Source: a virus
DNA: 64,000 bases
Direction: 5' to 3' (one strand)
IMG/VR virus record: IMGVR_UViG_3300010430_000018
Coordinates: 1 to 64,000 of that record
The notes below the pieces were generated by a model, which worked only from the letters and a program-made list of their open reading frames with translations, ran no database searches and was not told where the DNA came from. The position numbers and the translations under genes are program-made. Of this stretch, positions 21,801 to 29,137 are shown piece after piece (the stretch's first letter is position 1; each line of letters opens with the position of its first letter).

Positions 21801-23366
21801 CCACTAGATTTAACTAAAATTTATAGCAGTAATACATGGAATAGTACATATTTAAAGTTGTTTAAACAGCTTACTGATGAATTATTACCGGTAACATTTT
21901 TAAGTAGTTCACCTGTTTTTCAAGATATATTAGATAATGTAGTTGACAATATAGATACAAGGCCTACAACATTAAAAACAGAAGACGTGCAAAATATTGC
22001 ATTGGATCTTTTATCTTATCTTAATATAAAAGGTTATCAGTATAATCTTTTACAAAACGGGACGCTTAATGAAAAAGTATTAAGTAATGATTTAATATAT
22101 CCTAATTCAGATAGATCTATTGTTGATGTTATAAATGAAATAAAAGAAGTATTAGAATCAAAAAATGAATCAAATTTCTTTATTGATAATTTTGTTATAC
22201 CAGAATCTGCATCCGATGTAGGTAATAATTCAGGTCTTAATATAGCAATGGCTAATACATTTAGAAACTTATCTGCTCCACAAAAGGTGGATTTACAAAA
22301 TAGCTTTGCACAACTATATGGCTCTCTTGATACTAAAAATCAAGCTCAGACAATAATTAACTATATCATGGTTAAAGATGGGTTACAATTAAGATATGGT
22401 AGTTTATTAGAAGCAATTGCCCCATTTACAATAAATAAATTTTTATCCCATATTAATACTGTTGAACAAGCGGTTAGAGGAGATGTTTCTTTTGAATCTG
22501 TATTTGGGATATCTCAACAAGAGTTAACAAAAGAATTTACAGAAGGTTTTCTTGAGTCTAACATTAATGGATCAAAGCTTTGGACTTTTAAAAGGTCTAC
22601 AGTAACGGGAAGTTTAAAAAAGGGAGTTCAAGTAAAAGACAATGAAGTAACAGTAAACTGGATGGCAGTTGGTTTAAGTAGAGATGTTATACCAAACTAT
22701 GTTAGAATTGTTGATGTACAAGGTGTAATCAAAACATATAAGTTAGATTCAGAATCTAAAACATATAAGGAAATAGATCCGTTTGGTTCTAATCAACAAA
22801 CACATATTGGTTTTATGTTTGGACCTAGACCTACGTATAAAGAAGTAAGAGCTTTTGTAGATTCTAAAAATGGAACAACACAAAAAGATCCATCAGATTT
22901 TACAGTAGCAATAGATGATGCCGTAGCAATACAAGAGGAAATATTAAAAGCTGATAATGTAAATATTGAGGCAAATGAAAATAGTATTGAAGTACAACTT
23001 GATCCTGAAGCAACTATGACTAATGTTGCTGACACAGCATTACTGTTAGAGCAACTTGGGTTAAATCAAGATGCACAAGATCAAAGTGAATTAGAAGCAA
23101 ATGTTATTGATAATGTTGATACATCATTACCTGAAATAGATGAGGTGGAAAGCCTGATGACTTTAGATTTTGAAATGGAACTAGAAGAACAATTTCCAAC
23201 ACTTACTAATTTTTGGGATGCTAACATACAAGGAAATAAAGAAGCAATGGCATCTTTGAGAGAAAATAATATCCTATCTTTGGAAGACTTCATTGATGAA
23301 TATAATAACGGAATCTATGAAAATGAAGAAAGTTTCATAGATCAAATTAAAAAATGTAATTTATAA
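9813..23366 (+). CDS. Giant virion-associated RNA polymerase polyprotein (N-terminal hydrophobic region, zincin protease domain, two-barrel RNAP)
   Basis: 4517 aa; RIPSQ...SGADFDIDK catalytic loop (DFDID at 20535-20549); HEAFH at 16089-16103 with downstream EEYLADEF; Gly/Ala-rich hydrophobic helices near the N-terminus. Confidence 0.88.
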   Translation: MKEQGNTPLQTAVTSNQRETSVVPTGQFNFIPVEDMFEGPETQLAEVLATDPGAIANVGAYKADIDKYGIPAMASLGVARPSLATGLFDPVKQQNPPQDTYNTVKSILKAESAGPAADIVDPRFANIRQSNFLRYYEHPDFAQLGFTPYADMESYYNANSSIWDDMSRMRGEFGSLVGSGFSSVYRSIGDLFDDDNYFSAPDIESGMEFEDAMAVGNSSRGGALAFTNNLLLNSGYTFGIIGSIAVEELILAGATYLTGGATSGVLGVRSAMNAGRLVKNAKNFFNIKNMQASTRALMNQLKNYDAAKSFWQAAKSGGKVVGNILTPQTYSALKNFKTAKNATQNANNLAKAKAGFGGFYRDFRSVNLALAESKLEGGMVYNELVREGVAIQKKKTGNVTPEQMALIQNQAGEGAFYTTMTNAPLIFLSNQIVLGNAMGGFNRSLGKVFNDTFKKGLNGRLFKGKGVKDAATGKIKDVFEDAGSGIKGWWTKVKAGGVKGNTGMAIAATARYFAANVAEGLQEIGQEAIAVGTKGYYTTVMEDPLAGGVELQNDMILSGMGSQFSGQGVETFLSGFLMGGIVQGPQKLVFQGMPALYNRISDPKAYKEYQEQKKQYVADLVKVHNEAWNSTIDDPSGLFDPTKLNFLVQKQVAAAMKQNAFAQDRFGFTDENDFGKFQQLYTIFQNGTSQYFRSQLTDFMQMSDEELAQAFPNQKRDIKSGKARQRLQDLVNNIDKYETTFENNRDKFTNPYDRSQYDKGSRQYILEAIKEKAFEHATYLYMFTEDGFKRATERADSIYTNLSNDPLFEKMAANDITVLLDIDSINNEIGLLLQDIAVQDKDSKDGKKVIKQKTDKIKKLQAVQKILTAPENLTKDGSFDRRKINKLTTAFQDYVQFMAQSTNSFVDRSKIQEALKQMVDYHALKGRAKVYDKAIEYLNNPERLNEIVERQIEVNKNIYKSLSKIHKQQIEKYINIKEANTLMNKLFEAGYVGDPEQVRKFLLTGNVNELKNFYDEQGDIDPQLDKVKYDQIQRLLDTYRKMSEKTDDSGETTEQKSKDIEVQETKSNQEEILEEADIDVILPESNNTPLLRALLNRQYRKYAGTQTVLGEKVKSFEEWRNEEGLSWQNTFNALKKLWISGKLPVLDAQGNPVFGELTDEDIKSEKGFENWLKSREVLENDLVKEILQAAGIPLNEMYYTEPIESDPSTVTPAVGNEDDEIDPANPPKPSIFQLGATTDVLKIITINQQGQAEALYKLIDKKGNNVSSELLSQIGVTLNAFSDSGSAIAAMRELDKRAPDTTPFPFDGQMLFQGQLVYDKDGKEYRVISTPKFIQGGNLRLLPNNFEGKPITLQAGQFKNSYSIQEFKFDLLPTNVSRVNITDINKLYPHADTVNGQRDYSYADDRLNIILDNLTQEEINNLELVITSNKIVNNESSKYIVSGKEENPYVDIKQSKYSIGLAIPDGDTKTKINRILKENKIPLTDNENGVFAYIPNGNVTMQDAQRKTIKSLSNISREQALNTLFVSPELRNKLDPKQALDLARNNFALNALLVSYADGVMKSNVDINIVSLNDIPFGLGFVAQKGGMSYDNSSTRSLKDLRYEHADENGNYFIFDLKRKKGGARSVEFITSLEGSEGVKLSNKIKSRLEKDLMWDDIKNGTDRYIAIVQLPDGSYRPVNLKARTFNKSQRDNLAADLVNRAQKTKKENLDKDGKVKDLAYNTQFNEENIRGSVFISAKEGYNISLQVTPWGKLQLQLYNTDIGKQIGDTITIDIPAGNAKSFVSDSSINGYIQALINDFNNNADIAESGNKISNKNFRQSFPTQVSAADLIDATTTNVRPEVVLNNSARAIGDSSAIQAEIDKGNIKEDIIEVVEESNFTSEEAEFSLLDLSDPAFAEFAAKDFITLPSEYINHIVNKIVREGVDNLTPREVEVYNMRAATINVMVSKKGGEGSQPTQEVSKLEDIKQKLETLKAQLLEGVQPKERGKTLRTNEEYQKLLAQRKAIEKEANKIMSSSDLSLSDVEDIDIFTDWAASNLPSFINIADITTLGNNLKAGGVRVGAFVLGLNHVAGGQKVSGTIYTGATSPYKYHEAFHGVFRMLLSNEEITKYRSIARKEVRAKLRAEGKSFEKELEKFKNSADTYSNMTRKQLENEYYEEYLADEFEKFKINPKNTNTDASVKSLFTRIIEWIQGVFNSYSKNELRTLFENIDSGKFKGAQIANNEFTTALDVGTTIEANALIPHDSISKDDTLGFIYLDSDIADPLVRNISAMFLQRISKLNESYNPKEQMDSILDDFEFLYSIDNPINENKTDLQKQKLIEIQSAFDNYSDEIRNQSVKYINQISDKANEEEFQVEEFEDSTGLRTTSEYDKDASMIGGFRSLSSQLRAYIATTSVEATDYFGNTELTNGEPIIIAVDFVEAYNGLLKAVKNLTDPKQILQSMYFFGQDNSETAAVVRRILNDVGITEQQLLSDNSIPLEVNSPLLFQSILKGFENFRVDYLFNERDNAGNTIVYSASERDDTNSQLDRWSQGFISKRKQLLSNPNLKTELITLLAEIQSEIIPNSKGISSTKLKKDTKKYSEQLFNLSGIKISPLYLQYSMLYNRSNLNSDQRVFLDLNKNETPSLTHDLDGKPYKESSIALMSQLIQDNNDIFAVDQSGMDSRLKKMAVGNAPFDETIGASVFKNPNGDLVYAHQLPTYHLKKVAQLNNADSLEELLKSDPYLANNFLLNNAAFNQLSLESRLQIIRVAGNKIGDLLSTEEELNDSLQGVKQTSTYGDFTPQEFALNLINNYAGLLNSKSYKVSNVESLDDEGNKITTGLAPVLIRVMEASNTGDMINLPVIKTVEMVNGEAVLTEEAVDIYIDKIRTEFARINREANNATKTQEDILGYTDGRALTFFNTKTLMSEEQQTFLINAAIQAGNAGNVITLDDALAGTVTVAQQTGEVTNEVSGMTALREGVVDSLESRFQVFEQLIDELKIEDQISNQVKSGPIIAAGVSRTALVQSASLLNLNDNYRHNLKQIFFNDAINSYSINEILLGDQAVSLKDSVDQIKRAKMQNGAYYSAYSAITAPSHGVIHPVDDISLVTLEEPEDSGIDIADAQMYITTKAFRYMWFGFGKLTAAQAELINRIETGQTITSDSVFGNEATPEGYAKMQALLNSKKFVYGDGSTFLKMSAFTLTPEYTSIWDGDIKMWLPKPGLESLHNLRVKLEAIEKEKETIAIAAPLSAVKMKKQRVNSLEELADGNPFTKGYTTLDARFMGLQQLNPSNKLEQVDPTQIKQILTSEQNDNQFVPALNMTVGEIRTEYNKAVSERVTLRFKDKRNLIFSFDGAMDELSISQASGKVTPKLAAFLEFALSGLKASQSSSQILEFFSMTGGVPNYNLNNQITVRKFEQLFLSYFSKGVFSERTPGLGLTLVSDFGNKVYRRVFEIKDGIPIRSEIIRRAAWQGNENDLLNIDSLTQENIGPEGVVVLDRLRHGVMEYDANGEPTGQRYTEMMMPSHHKSVMDLIENTPSATMPEVISKMFGVRIPSQDNHSAMNIKWVDFMPVYFGSSAMFARELIEVSGADFDIDKVFAQFKDFYVKDGEFFEYGNKNTVEENYSDYIRYVNTNVSKSGTIYSEAYLTYDENLDAAKIENSLSESEEKAYYQFLTKQNIVTDAGLKEAGVKALQMLGLPITKAQYGEYVAKFGEPYAAPLNNKILDYKYALLGNDSVASGENPISYSPATLDILETTLSLLAEESKLFENRMLEENNDVDDLVGKILAFKANKGASIGAAVLPNLYLSLLTEYDIDLKSPISIDGVTYDSFKYTIEKKNEGNQRKQDTISSLITMATDNAKERLFSKLGLNRHALGLVSMMTSLSVPIRTSILLINNPVIQDLYSQALNKKDKFDPGIEKLVENKIKELVEDGSKSTLKVNDELLLNAINEPEGVSDQDTVSILSKFKEFMDLETFTNKMSAPTSLTKGLGKDIATVLDKKKDIQTLLDPKAPLDLTKIYSSNTWNSTYLKLFKQLTDELLPVTFLSSSPVFQDILDNVVDNIDTRPTTLKTEDVQNIALDLLSYLNIKGYQYNLLQNGTLNEKVLSNDLIYPNSDRSIVDVINEIKEVLESKNESNFFIDNFVIPESASDVGNNSGLNIAMANTFRNLSAPQKVDLQNSFAQLYGSLDTKNQAQTIINYIMVKDGLQLRYGSLLEAIAPFTINKFLSHINTVEQAVRGDVSFESVFGISQQELTKEFTEGFLESNINGSKLWTFKRSTVTGSLKKGVQVKDNEVTVNWMAVGLSRDVIPNYVRIVDVQGVIKTYKLDSESKTYKEIDPFGSNQQTHIGFMFGPRPTYKEVRAFVDSKNGTTQKDPSDFTVAIDDAVAIQEEILKADNVNIEANENSIEVQLDPEATMTNVADTALLLEQLGLNQDAQDQSELEANVIDNVDTSLPEIDEVESLMTLDFEMELEEQFPTLTNFWDANIQGNKEAMASLRENNILSLEDFIDEYNNGIYENEESFIDQIKKCNL

Positions 23367-23369
23367 GTC

Positions 23370-26300
23370 ATGGCTAGATGTCCTAACAAAAATACTGCAG
23401 AATATAAAGTATTACAGAATGTATACAAAACAGAGATTGCTACAAACAATGTTATAAATCAGTGGCAAGATCTTAATAATGTAGACATTTTTCCTACCGT
23501 GCTTGAAGCTGCTGATTTTGTAAGTAATCAAAAATTATTATTTGCTTTAAAACAAAGAAATTTTTCTGAAAGCCTATTAAATAATTTAAGAAGAGAAAGA
23601 ATAGGTCATAGCTTTCAAAATCAATTTTATATAAATAATTCAAATCCTAATACACAAGAGTATGATGAGTTTTATTTAAATAGTAATTTAAAAAGACTTA
23701 AAAGATATCTTTCTATAAATAATATTCCAGAAAATAGAGTAACTATTGAAAGAACACCACAATCATATAGAGTTATTGTAAATGAAGATATGTTTACAAC
23801 TAAAGATATGATTGAATCATCAAGGGCTTGGGATACCCCTAGAGCCAGAGCAGTTGTAATGCATCTTAAAAGAATGTTTCCTCAAGTCAATGTTCAAATG
23901 TTATCTGTATCTGATGCTGAGGCTATGTATAACGAAATGCCATCATGGAAAAAAAGCAATGTTCCTTTTGATAAGGTGAGATCTTTTTATGTAGACGGAA
24001 CAGCATATTTAATAAAAGGAAGAGTAACAAATGAAGTAGCAATAGAAGAAATGCTACATCCATTTATAGATGCAATTAAAGTAGATAATCAAACATTATT
24101 TGATAATTTATTAGCTGAAGCAAGAATTAATTTTCCAGAGATGGTACAAGAAATTACTGATTCATATAATAAAGAAAGACGCTTTAGTGAAACAGACAGA
24201 AATCTAGAGATAGTTACACAAGCATTAGCTAGACATTTTAGAGAAGAATATGAAACTACACCAACAAGTAGATTTTCAAATTTAATACAAGATGTGTTAG
24301 AGTGGTTTATGAATGTTATAAACAACTTAAATGAATATCTTACAGGGAGATCAGCACCGGTATCTGCAATAAATTCAGACACCAACTTTACTGATCTTGC
24401 TAAACTCTTAAATACCGAAGGCATTCAATTCAAACTTGAGAAAAGAGTAAATGGTAAAATTAGATATAACCTTTCTCCACAAAAGAAAAAGGCTTTAGAC
24501 ATACAAAGGAATTCAGCAAATGGTGTACAAAAAATTATACTAGATAAAATGTTTCATGTTGCACAGACAACAGAAACAGATATTGATTTTTTATCAGCAA
24601 ATCTAAAAGATACCTCTGATGGGTCAATTGTTATTCTTAATGAAAAAGATCATACATATTATAATATAAATACCGGTGAACAATATACTTCTGTCACTAC
24701 GGCTATAAAAGGTAAACTAAAAAATCAAGAAGATGTACAATTAAATCTTGACTTAGGTAATGATGTAGATGCTTTATTAGATGCTATTATTGCTGGTGAA
24801 GCTTTAGATAGTGTAAGTTTAAGTTTGCTTACACCTGAAATTGCTAATCAAGTATACAATCAATTAGAATCAAGTTTAAAATTTTTGATGCCTGAAGATT
24901 CAATAGCACTATCTCAAGTAGTTCTTTTTGATGATGCCACTAAAACAGCAGGTACAGTTGATTTAATGATTATTGACAAAAACGGTAAAATTAGAATATT
25001 AGATTTAAAGACAAGTAAGAATTCAATTCAATCTAAATACTTTAGACCAACAAAAGGTGGATCATTAACACTTAAAAAATATGATAAATCTTGGGATTTG
25101 AGTTCTGAAAGCTTACTATATCAGAAAGGAGTTCAATCATTATCTACTAGAGAGCAACATAATTTACAGGTTAACATCTACAGAAGGATGGCTGAAAATA
25201 TGGGGTATCAAGTATATGAAGGTGATTATGCAGCTGCAACTATACACTTTGTAGCAGATATAACTGGCAAAGGTAAAGATCAAAAGTTTGGTGGTAAGAT
25301 TCAAGCAGATGGTGTTGTGGATCACCCGCCTAGCCAGAACTTAGATATGGTAAATATGATTGTCCCTGAATCATTAGATTCTGCAAACAAAACAAAAAAG
25401 CTTGAAGAGGCTATTGCAGATCAATATAATGCACCATTTGTTCCAGAAGATCAATTTAAAAAAGATGAAGAAATAGCAGATAATATAGATATAAATGATT
25501 ATCCTGAATATAATACTATTTTAGGTGCATTAGAAACTTATAGAATTGGTTTGATCAAAAAGAGAGATGCTATTGATTCTGTAAGAAGTAGTGTCTTTAT
25601 GGATAGAAGTCAAAAGGATATGAAAGAAGATATTGCAAGTCATCTTGCATATATTGGGATTGCTATTGCAGAAGGTCCTGTATCTCAATCTCAGGCATAT
25701 TCAGCATTGTTAAGAGATGCTCTTAAACAAATTAAAGCATTTACAGAATATGTTGAAAATCCTGAAAATTTTGCTAAACCGGAGTTTATTACTTATGTAA
25801 ATAATTTTGACAGATTTATCAAAACATTTGAAGGTTTATATTCTATTGAAGAGTCTGGTGAATTAAATGCAACTCAAAGATCTTTACTATTATCACTACA
25901 ACTTTCTTTAAATAAACTAGCCGGTAGCCAAACTGATGGGGCAGGTATTATTAATGAAGCAGTATCTAACTTTGTTACTGAACAAGTAAGGCTTAATTCT
26001 AACAATGATTTTGGTGGTGTGGGTAGTGCATTTACTGAGCAAGATCTTATAGATCTAATAGAAGGCAATGGTGTTAAAGATATTGATACAGTTGCGTTAC
26101 AAACTAGAGACATGGCAACATCTCCAAAAGTTTTACTTGCTGTAATGGATAGATTATTCAAAGCTAAAAAACAAAGGTTGTTAGATAATATAGGATCTAG
26201 AAATGAGATATTAGCAAAAACATCAAATAAACTTCTTAAACTTTCACCTACTGATGATAGACAAAAGATTTATGATTTTATGCATGAATCTGATGGTAGA

Positions 26301-29042
26301 TACGTTAAACCCATTGGTCAACAGTATTATGATCTACAAGATGAATTACGTAGTGTACTTTACGACAATGAAGGTCATCCTTATGTTTATAATGATATTA
26401 CTGATTTAGATTCAGCATCACAAGAAGATATTAATTATAACATCAAGTTAGCAAATGATAAAAGAGCATTTAGTCAGTTTTTTGCTGCTGAGGCAAAAGA
26501 TGAAGATGGTAATTTAGTTGACGGAATGTACCATAGATACACATCAGAATTTAAAGAAGAAAGAAAAAAATATGAATATTGGACACCAGGTACAGAAAAT
26601 AATCCATATGGAACTTGGAGAAGAAAGAACTCAAGAACTATTTCAGATAAAGAGTATTCAATATATGAAGCAAAATATTATGATATAATTGACTACACCA
26701 AAGCACAACGTAATTCATTAGGTGAAGCAACTGGTATAGTAGTGCGTGGTCAAACATTTAGAGCTGTAAAAGAACAGTATAGAGATGTACGTTTAGAAAC
26801 CGCTGATGGTAGAGATATGGCTAGTGCTAAATACAGATCTATAATGAATCCTACAGATGCATTAGGACAAGCACAAAAAGAATTCTATGATATGTATATA
26901 GATATATATGAAAATGATTTATTAAAGAAGCTTCCCGTAGGCATTATGACACAAATGATGGGTAGAACTCCTTTGGTAAAGAATAATTTTATAGAGGATC
27001 TTAAAAAGCGCCCAAGCTTTTTTACAAGGGCATATGCAAAAACGATTGGTAATGAGGCCTGGAAAATATTCCAATCAACTTCACAACAACGAGGTATAGT
27101 AACTGATGAAAATGGAAACTTAATAAGTTCATTACCTATTTATTATGTTGGCAGACCAAGGCTTGAAGGTGAGTTAGAAGATATACAAAAACAAATAGTT
27201 ACTTTACAAGATAAGAAAAAGAAAGGTTTAATTGGACCATCTGCTTATTCTAAAGAACTTGCTGAACTAAAAGGTAAAGAGTCAAAACTACTTGCTCAAC
27301 CAGCAACAAATGAAATTAGCAGAGATCTTGGTGAATCATTAATGAAGTTTAGTGCTATGGCAGAAAACTATGAGGTGATGGGTACTATTGAAGATACTCT
27401 TCTTGCTTTTGTAAATGTAATTGAAAAAAGAGAATATCAACCCGCTGATCCTGCTATAACAACAGGGACAAGAATAGATGGTGCTTTTCAAGAAAGAGGT
27501 ATAATAAAAGGTGCAGACTCAAATATATTAAGGAAAGCAAAGAAGTGGATGTCTATGACCTATTATCAAGAAGATAGTATGAGTAAAGGGGCAGTAGATA
27601 AAATATCAGACGGATTAATTCAACTATCTTCATTATCTTATGTAGCATTTAACCCTTTTGGTAACTTTAATAACTACGTTATTGGTAGAATTAACAATAA
27701 TATAGAAATGCTTGGTTCAAGATTTTTTAGCAAAAAATCATATAGAAGAGCAACTTGGGAGTTTAACAAAAGAGCAGTTCCAGATTTAGTCCAAAGATCT
27801 TCTTATGTTGTTGGTGATTTAGGAGATGTACTAACTTTTGGGTTAGTTCCGGGATTACAAAATTCAACATATGATGCTAAGAAACCTAATAGTAAATATG
27901 AAGCATTTGTTGATATGTTTAGAATGATGGATAAAATGTCAGATCTACGTGAACAAACAACAGATACAAGCACTGGCAGGAGTTGGTTTTCTAAAGCAAG
28001 TGAATGGGGATATATACTTCAAGATGCTGCAGAATATAATGTTCAAACTAAAGTTGGTATGGCAATATTAATGGATACTCAACTTAAAAATAGTGAAACG
28101 GGTGAATCAATGTCTTTATATGATGCTTTTATATATGACTCTAAAACGCACAAAAATAAAATAAAAGATGGTTTTGATACTGTAATAAAAAGAAATGGAC
28201 AAGAGGTACCATATACTGATGAATTCAGATATGAAATAAGAAATGAAATAAGAGAGGTGAATAAACAAATTCATGGTAACTATGCAAAAGAAGATAGAGT
28301 TGTTATGCAAAGTACTACCATAGGTAAATTAGCTTTTCAATTTCATAAATGGGTTGCTCCAGCTATTAGAGCAAGATATCAAAGAGAATATTTTGATCAG
28401 AACTTAGGTTGGATGGAAGGAAGATATATATCTGCATTTAAGTTTTTAAATTATGTTAAGGGTGAGTTAGTAAAAGGTAATAAAGAATTTTCTAAATATG
28501 ATGAAGGTTTCTTAGAAGCCTATGGTTATACAGGTGAAGGTGGTAATTTAGACCAAAGAGCTAAAAATAAACTATATGGGTTTTATAGAAGTATGGGTGA
28601 GATAGGTATTATGTTATCTACTTTTGTTTTATCTCAAGTATTATCAAGTTTACTAGCCGGTGAAGATGATGATAGTGATACAACTAAAAGGTTAAAGAAT
28701 ATAATAAGATACCAGGCAGATAGAACTTATAAGGAACTTGTAATGTTTACACCATTACCTGATGGTTTAGAGCAGCAATATCAAATGTTTAAATCACCAA
28801 TAGCAGCAACAAGAACTATGGGTGAATTAGGTGAAGCAATATCATTAAGTATAACAACACCAATGGCGTATTTGTATTATAGTGATGAGGAGTTTAGAAC
28901 TAACTCTAATTATGTATATCAACAAAAACCTAGAAAAGGACAACTTAAAGTTTATAAAAACTGGAAAGATGTAATTCCTATTCTATATTCTATACAAAAG
29001 TATGATGCTTACTTAAGAATGAACAACTACTTCATTAAATAA
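23370..29042 (+). CDS. Giant virion/ejection protein with degenerate zincin and PD-(D/E)xK nuclease domains
   Basis: 1890 aa; MARCPN start; IEEMLHPF (HExxH with H>E); AGTVDL...ILDLKT...QVNIY nuclease motifs; hydrophobic C-terminal helix. Confidence 0.72.
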   Translation: MARCPNKNTAEYKVLQNVYKTEIATNNVINQWQDLNNVDIFPTVLEAADFVSNQKLLFALKQRNFSESLLNNLRRERIGHSFQNQFYINNSNPNTQEYDEFYLNSNLKRLKRYLSINNIPENRVTIERTPQSYRVIVNEDMFTTKDMIESSRAWDTPRARAVVMHLKRMFPQVNVQMLSVSDAEAMYNEMPSWKKSNVPFDKVRSFYVDGTAYLIKGRVTNEVAIEEMLHPFIDAIKVDNQTLFDNLLAEARINFPEMVQEITDSYNKERRFSETDRNLEIVTQALARHFREEYETTPTSRFSNLIQDVLEWFMNVINNLNEYLTGRSAPVSAINSDTNFTDLAKLLNTEGIQFKLEKRVNGKIRYNLSPQKKKALDIQRNSANGVQKIILDKMFHVAQTTETDIDFLSANLKDTSDGSIVILNEKDHTYYNINTGEQYTSVTTAIKGKLKNQEDVQLNLDLGNDVDALLDAIIAGEALDSVSLSLLTPEIANQVYNQLESSLKFLMPEDSIALSQVVLFDDATKTAGTVDLMIIDKNGKIRILDLKTSKNSIQSKYFRPTKGGSLTLKKYDKSWDLSSESLLYQKGVQSLSTREQHNLQVNIYRRMAENMGYQVYEGDYAAATIHFVADITGKGKDQKFGGKIQADGVVDHPPSQNLDMVNMIVPESLDSANKTKKLEEAIADQYNAPFVPEDQFKKDEEIADNIDINDYPEYNTILGALETYRIGLIKKRDAIDSVRSSVFMDRSQKDMKEDIASHLAYIGIAIAEGPVSQSQAYSALLRDALKQIKAFTEYVENPENFAKPEFITYVNNFDRFIKTFEGLYSIEESGELNATQRSLLLSLQLSLNKLAGSQTDGAGIINEAVSNFVTEQVRLNSNNDFGGVGSAFTEQDLIDLIEGNGVKDIDTVALQTRDMATSPKVLLAVMDRLFKAKKQRLLDNIGSRNEILAKTSNKLLKLSPTDDRQKIYDFMHESDGRYVKPIGQQYYDLQDELRSVLYDNEGHPYVYNDITDLDSASQEDINYNIKLANDKRAFSQFFAAEAKDEDGNLVDGMYHRYTSEFKEERKKYEYWTPGTENNPYGTWRRKNSRTISDKEYSIYEAKYYDIIDYTKAQRNSLGEATGIVVRGQTFRAVKEQYRDVRLETADGRDMASAKYRSIMNPTDALGQAQKEFYDMYIDIYENDLLKKLPVGIMTQMMGRTPLVKNNFIEDLKKRPSFFTRAYAKTIGNEAWKIFQSTSQQRGIVTDENGNLISSLPIYYVGRPRLEGELEDIQKQIVTLQDKKKKGLIGPSAYSKELAELKGKESKLLAQPATNEISRDLGESLMKFSAMAENYEVMGTIEDTLLAFVNVIEKREYQPADPAITTGTRIDGAFQERGIIKGADSNILRKAKKWMSMTYYQEDSMSKGAVDKISDGLIQLSSLSYVAFNPFGNFNNYVIGRINNNIEMLGSRFFSKKSYRRATWEFNKRAVPDLVQRSSYVVGDLGDVLTFGLVPGLQNSTYDAKKPNSKYEAFVDMFRMMDKMSDLREQTTDTSTGRSWFSKASEWGYILQDAAEYNVQTKVGMAILMDTQLKNSETGESMSLYDAFIYDSKTHKNKIKDGFDTVIKRNGQEVPYTDEFRYEIRNEIREVNKQIHGNYAKEDRVVMQSTTIGKLAFQFHKWVAPAIRARYQREYFDQNLGWMEGRYISAFKFLNYVKGELVKGNKEFSKYDEGFLEAYGYTGEGGNLDQRAKNKLYGFYRSMGEIGIMLSTFVLSQVLSSLLAGEDDDSDTTKRLKNIIRYQADRTYKELVMFTPLPDGLEQQYQMFKSPIAATRTMGELGEAISLSITTPMAYLYYSDEEFRTNSNYVYQQKPRKGQLKVYKNWKDVIPILYSIQKYDAYLRMNNYFIK

Positions 29043-29086
29043 GACAAATTTACAGTTAAAATGTTTTAATAACTGAGAGATATTCT

Positions 29087-29101
29087 CTATATTATAGTAT
29101 A
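29087..29101 (+). promoter_or_regulatory. Putative late promoter CTATATTATAGTATA
   Basis: Resembles the motifs at 519 and 34580; intergenic, upstream of the OMP gene. Confidence 0.4.
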
Positions 29102-29137
29102 AACCAACTGAATTTAAAATAATATTAATATTTAAAT

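Noticed and set aside
945-28310. Many 60-111 aa antisense ORFs inside the large + strand genes
   Set aside because: Shadow ORFs fully within strong genes, with no motifs
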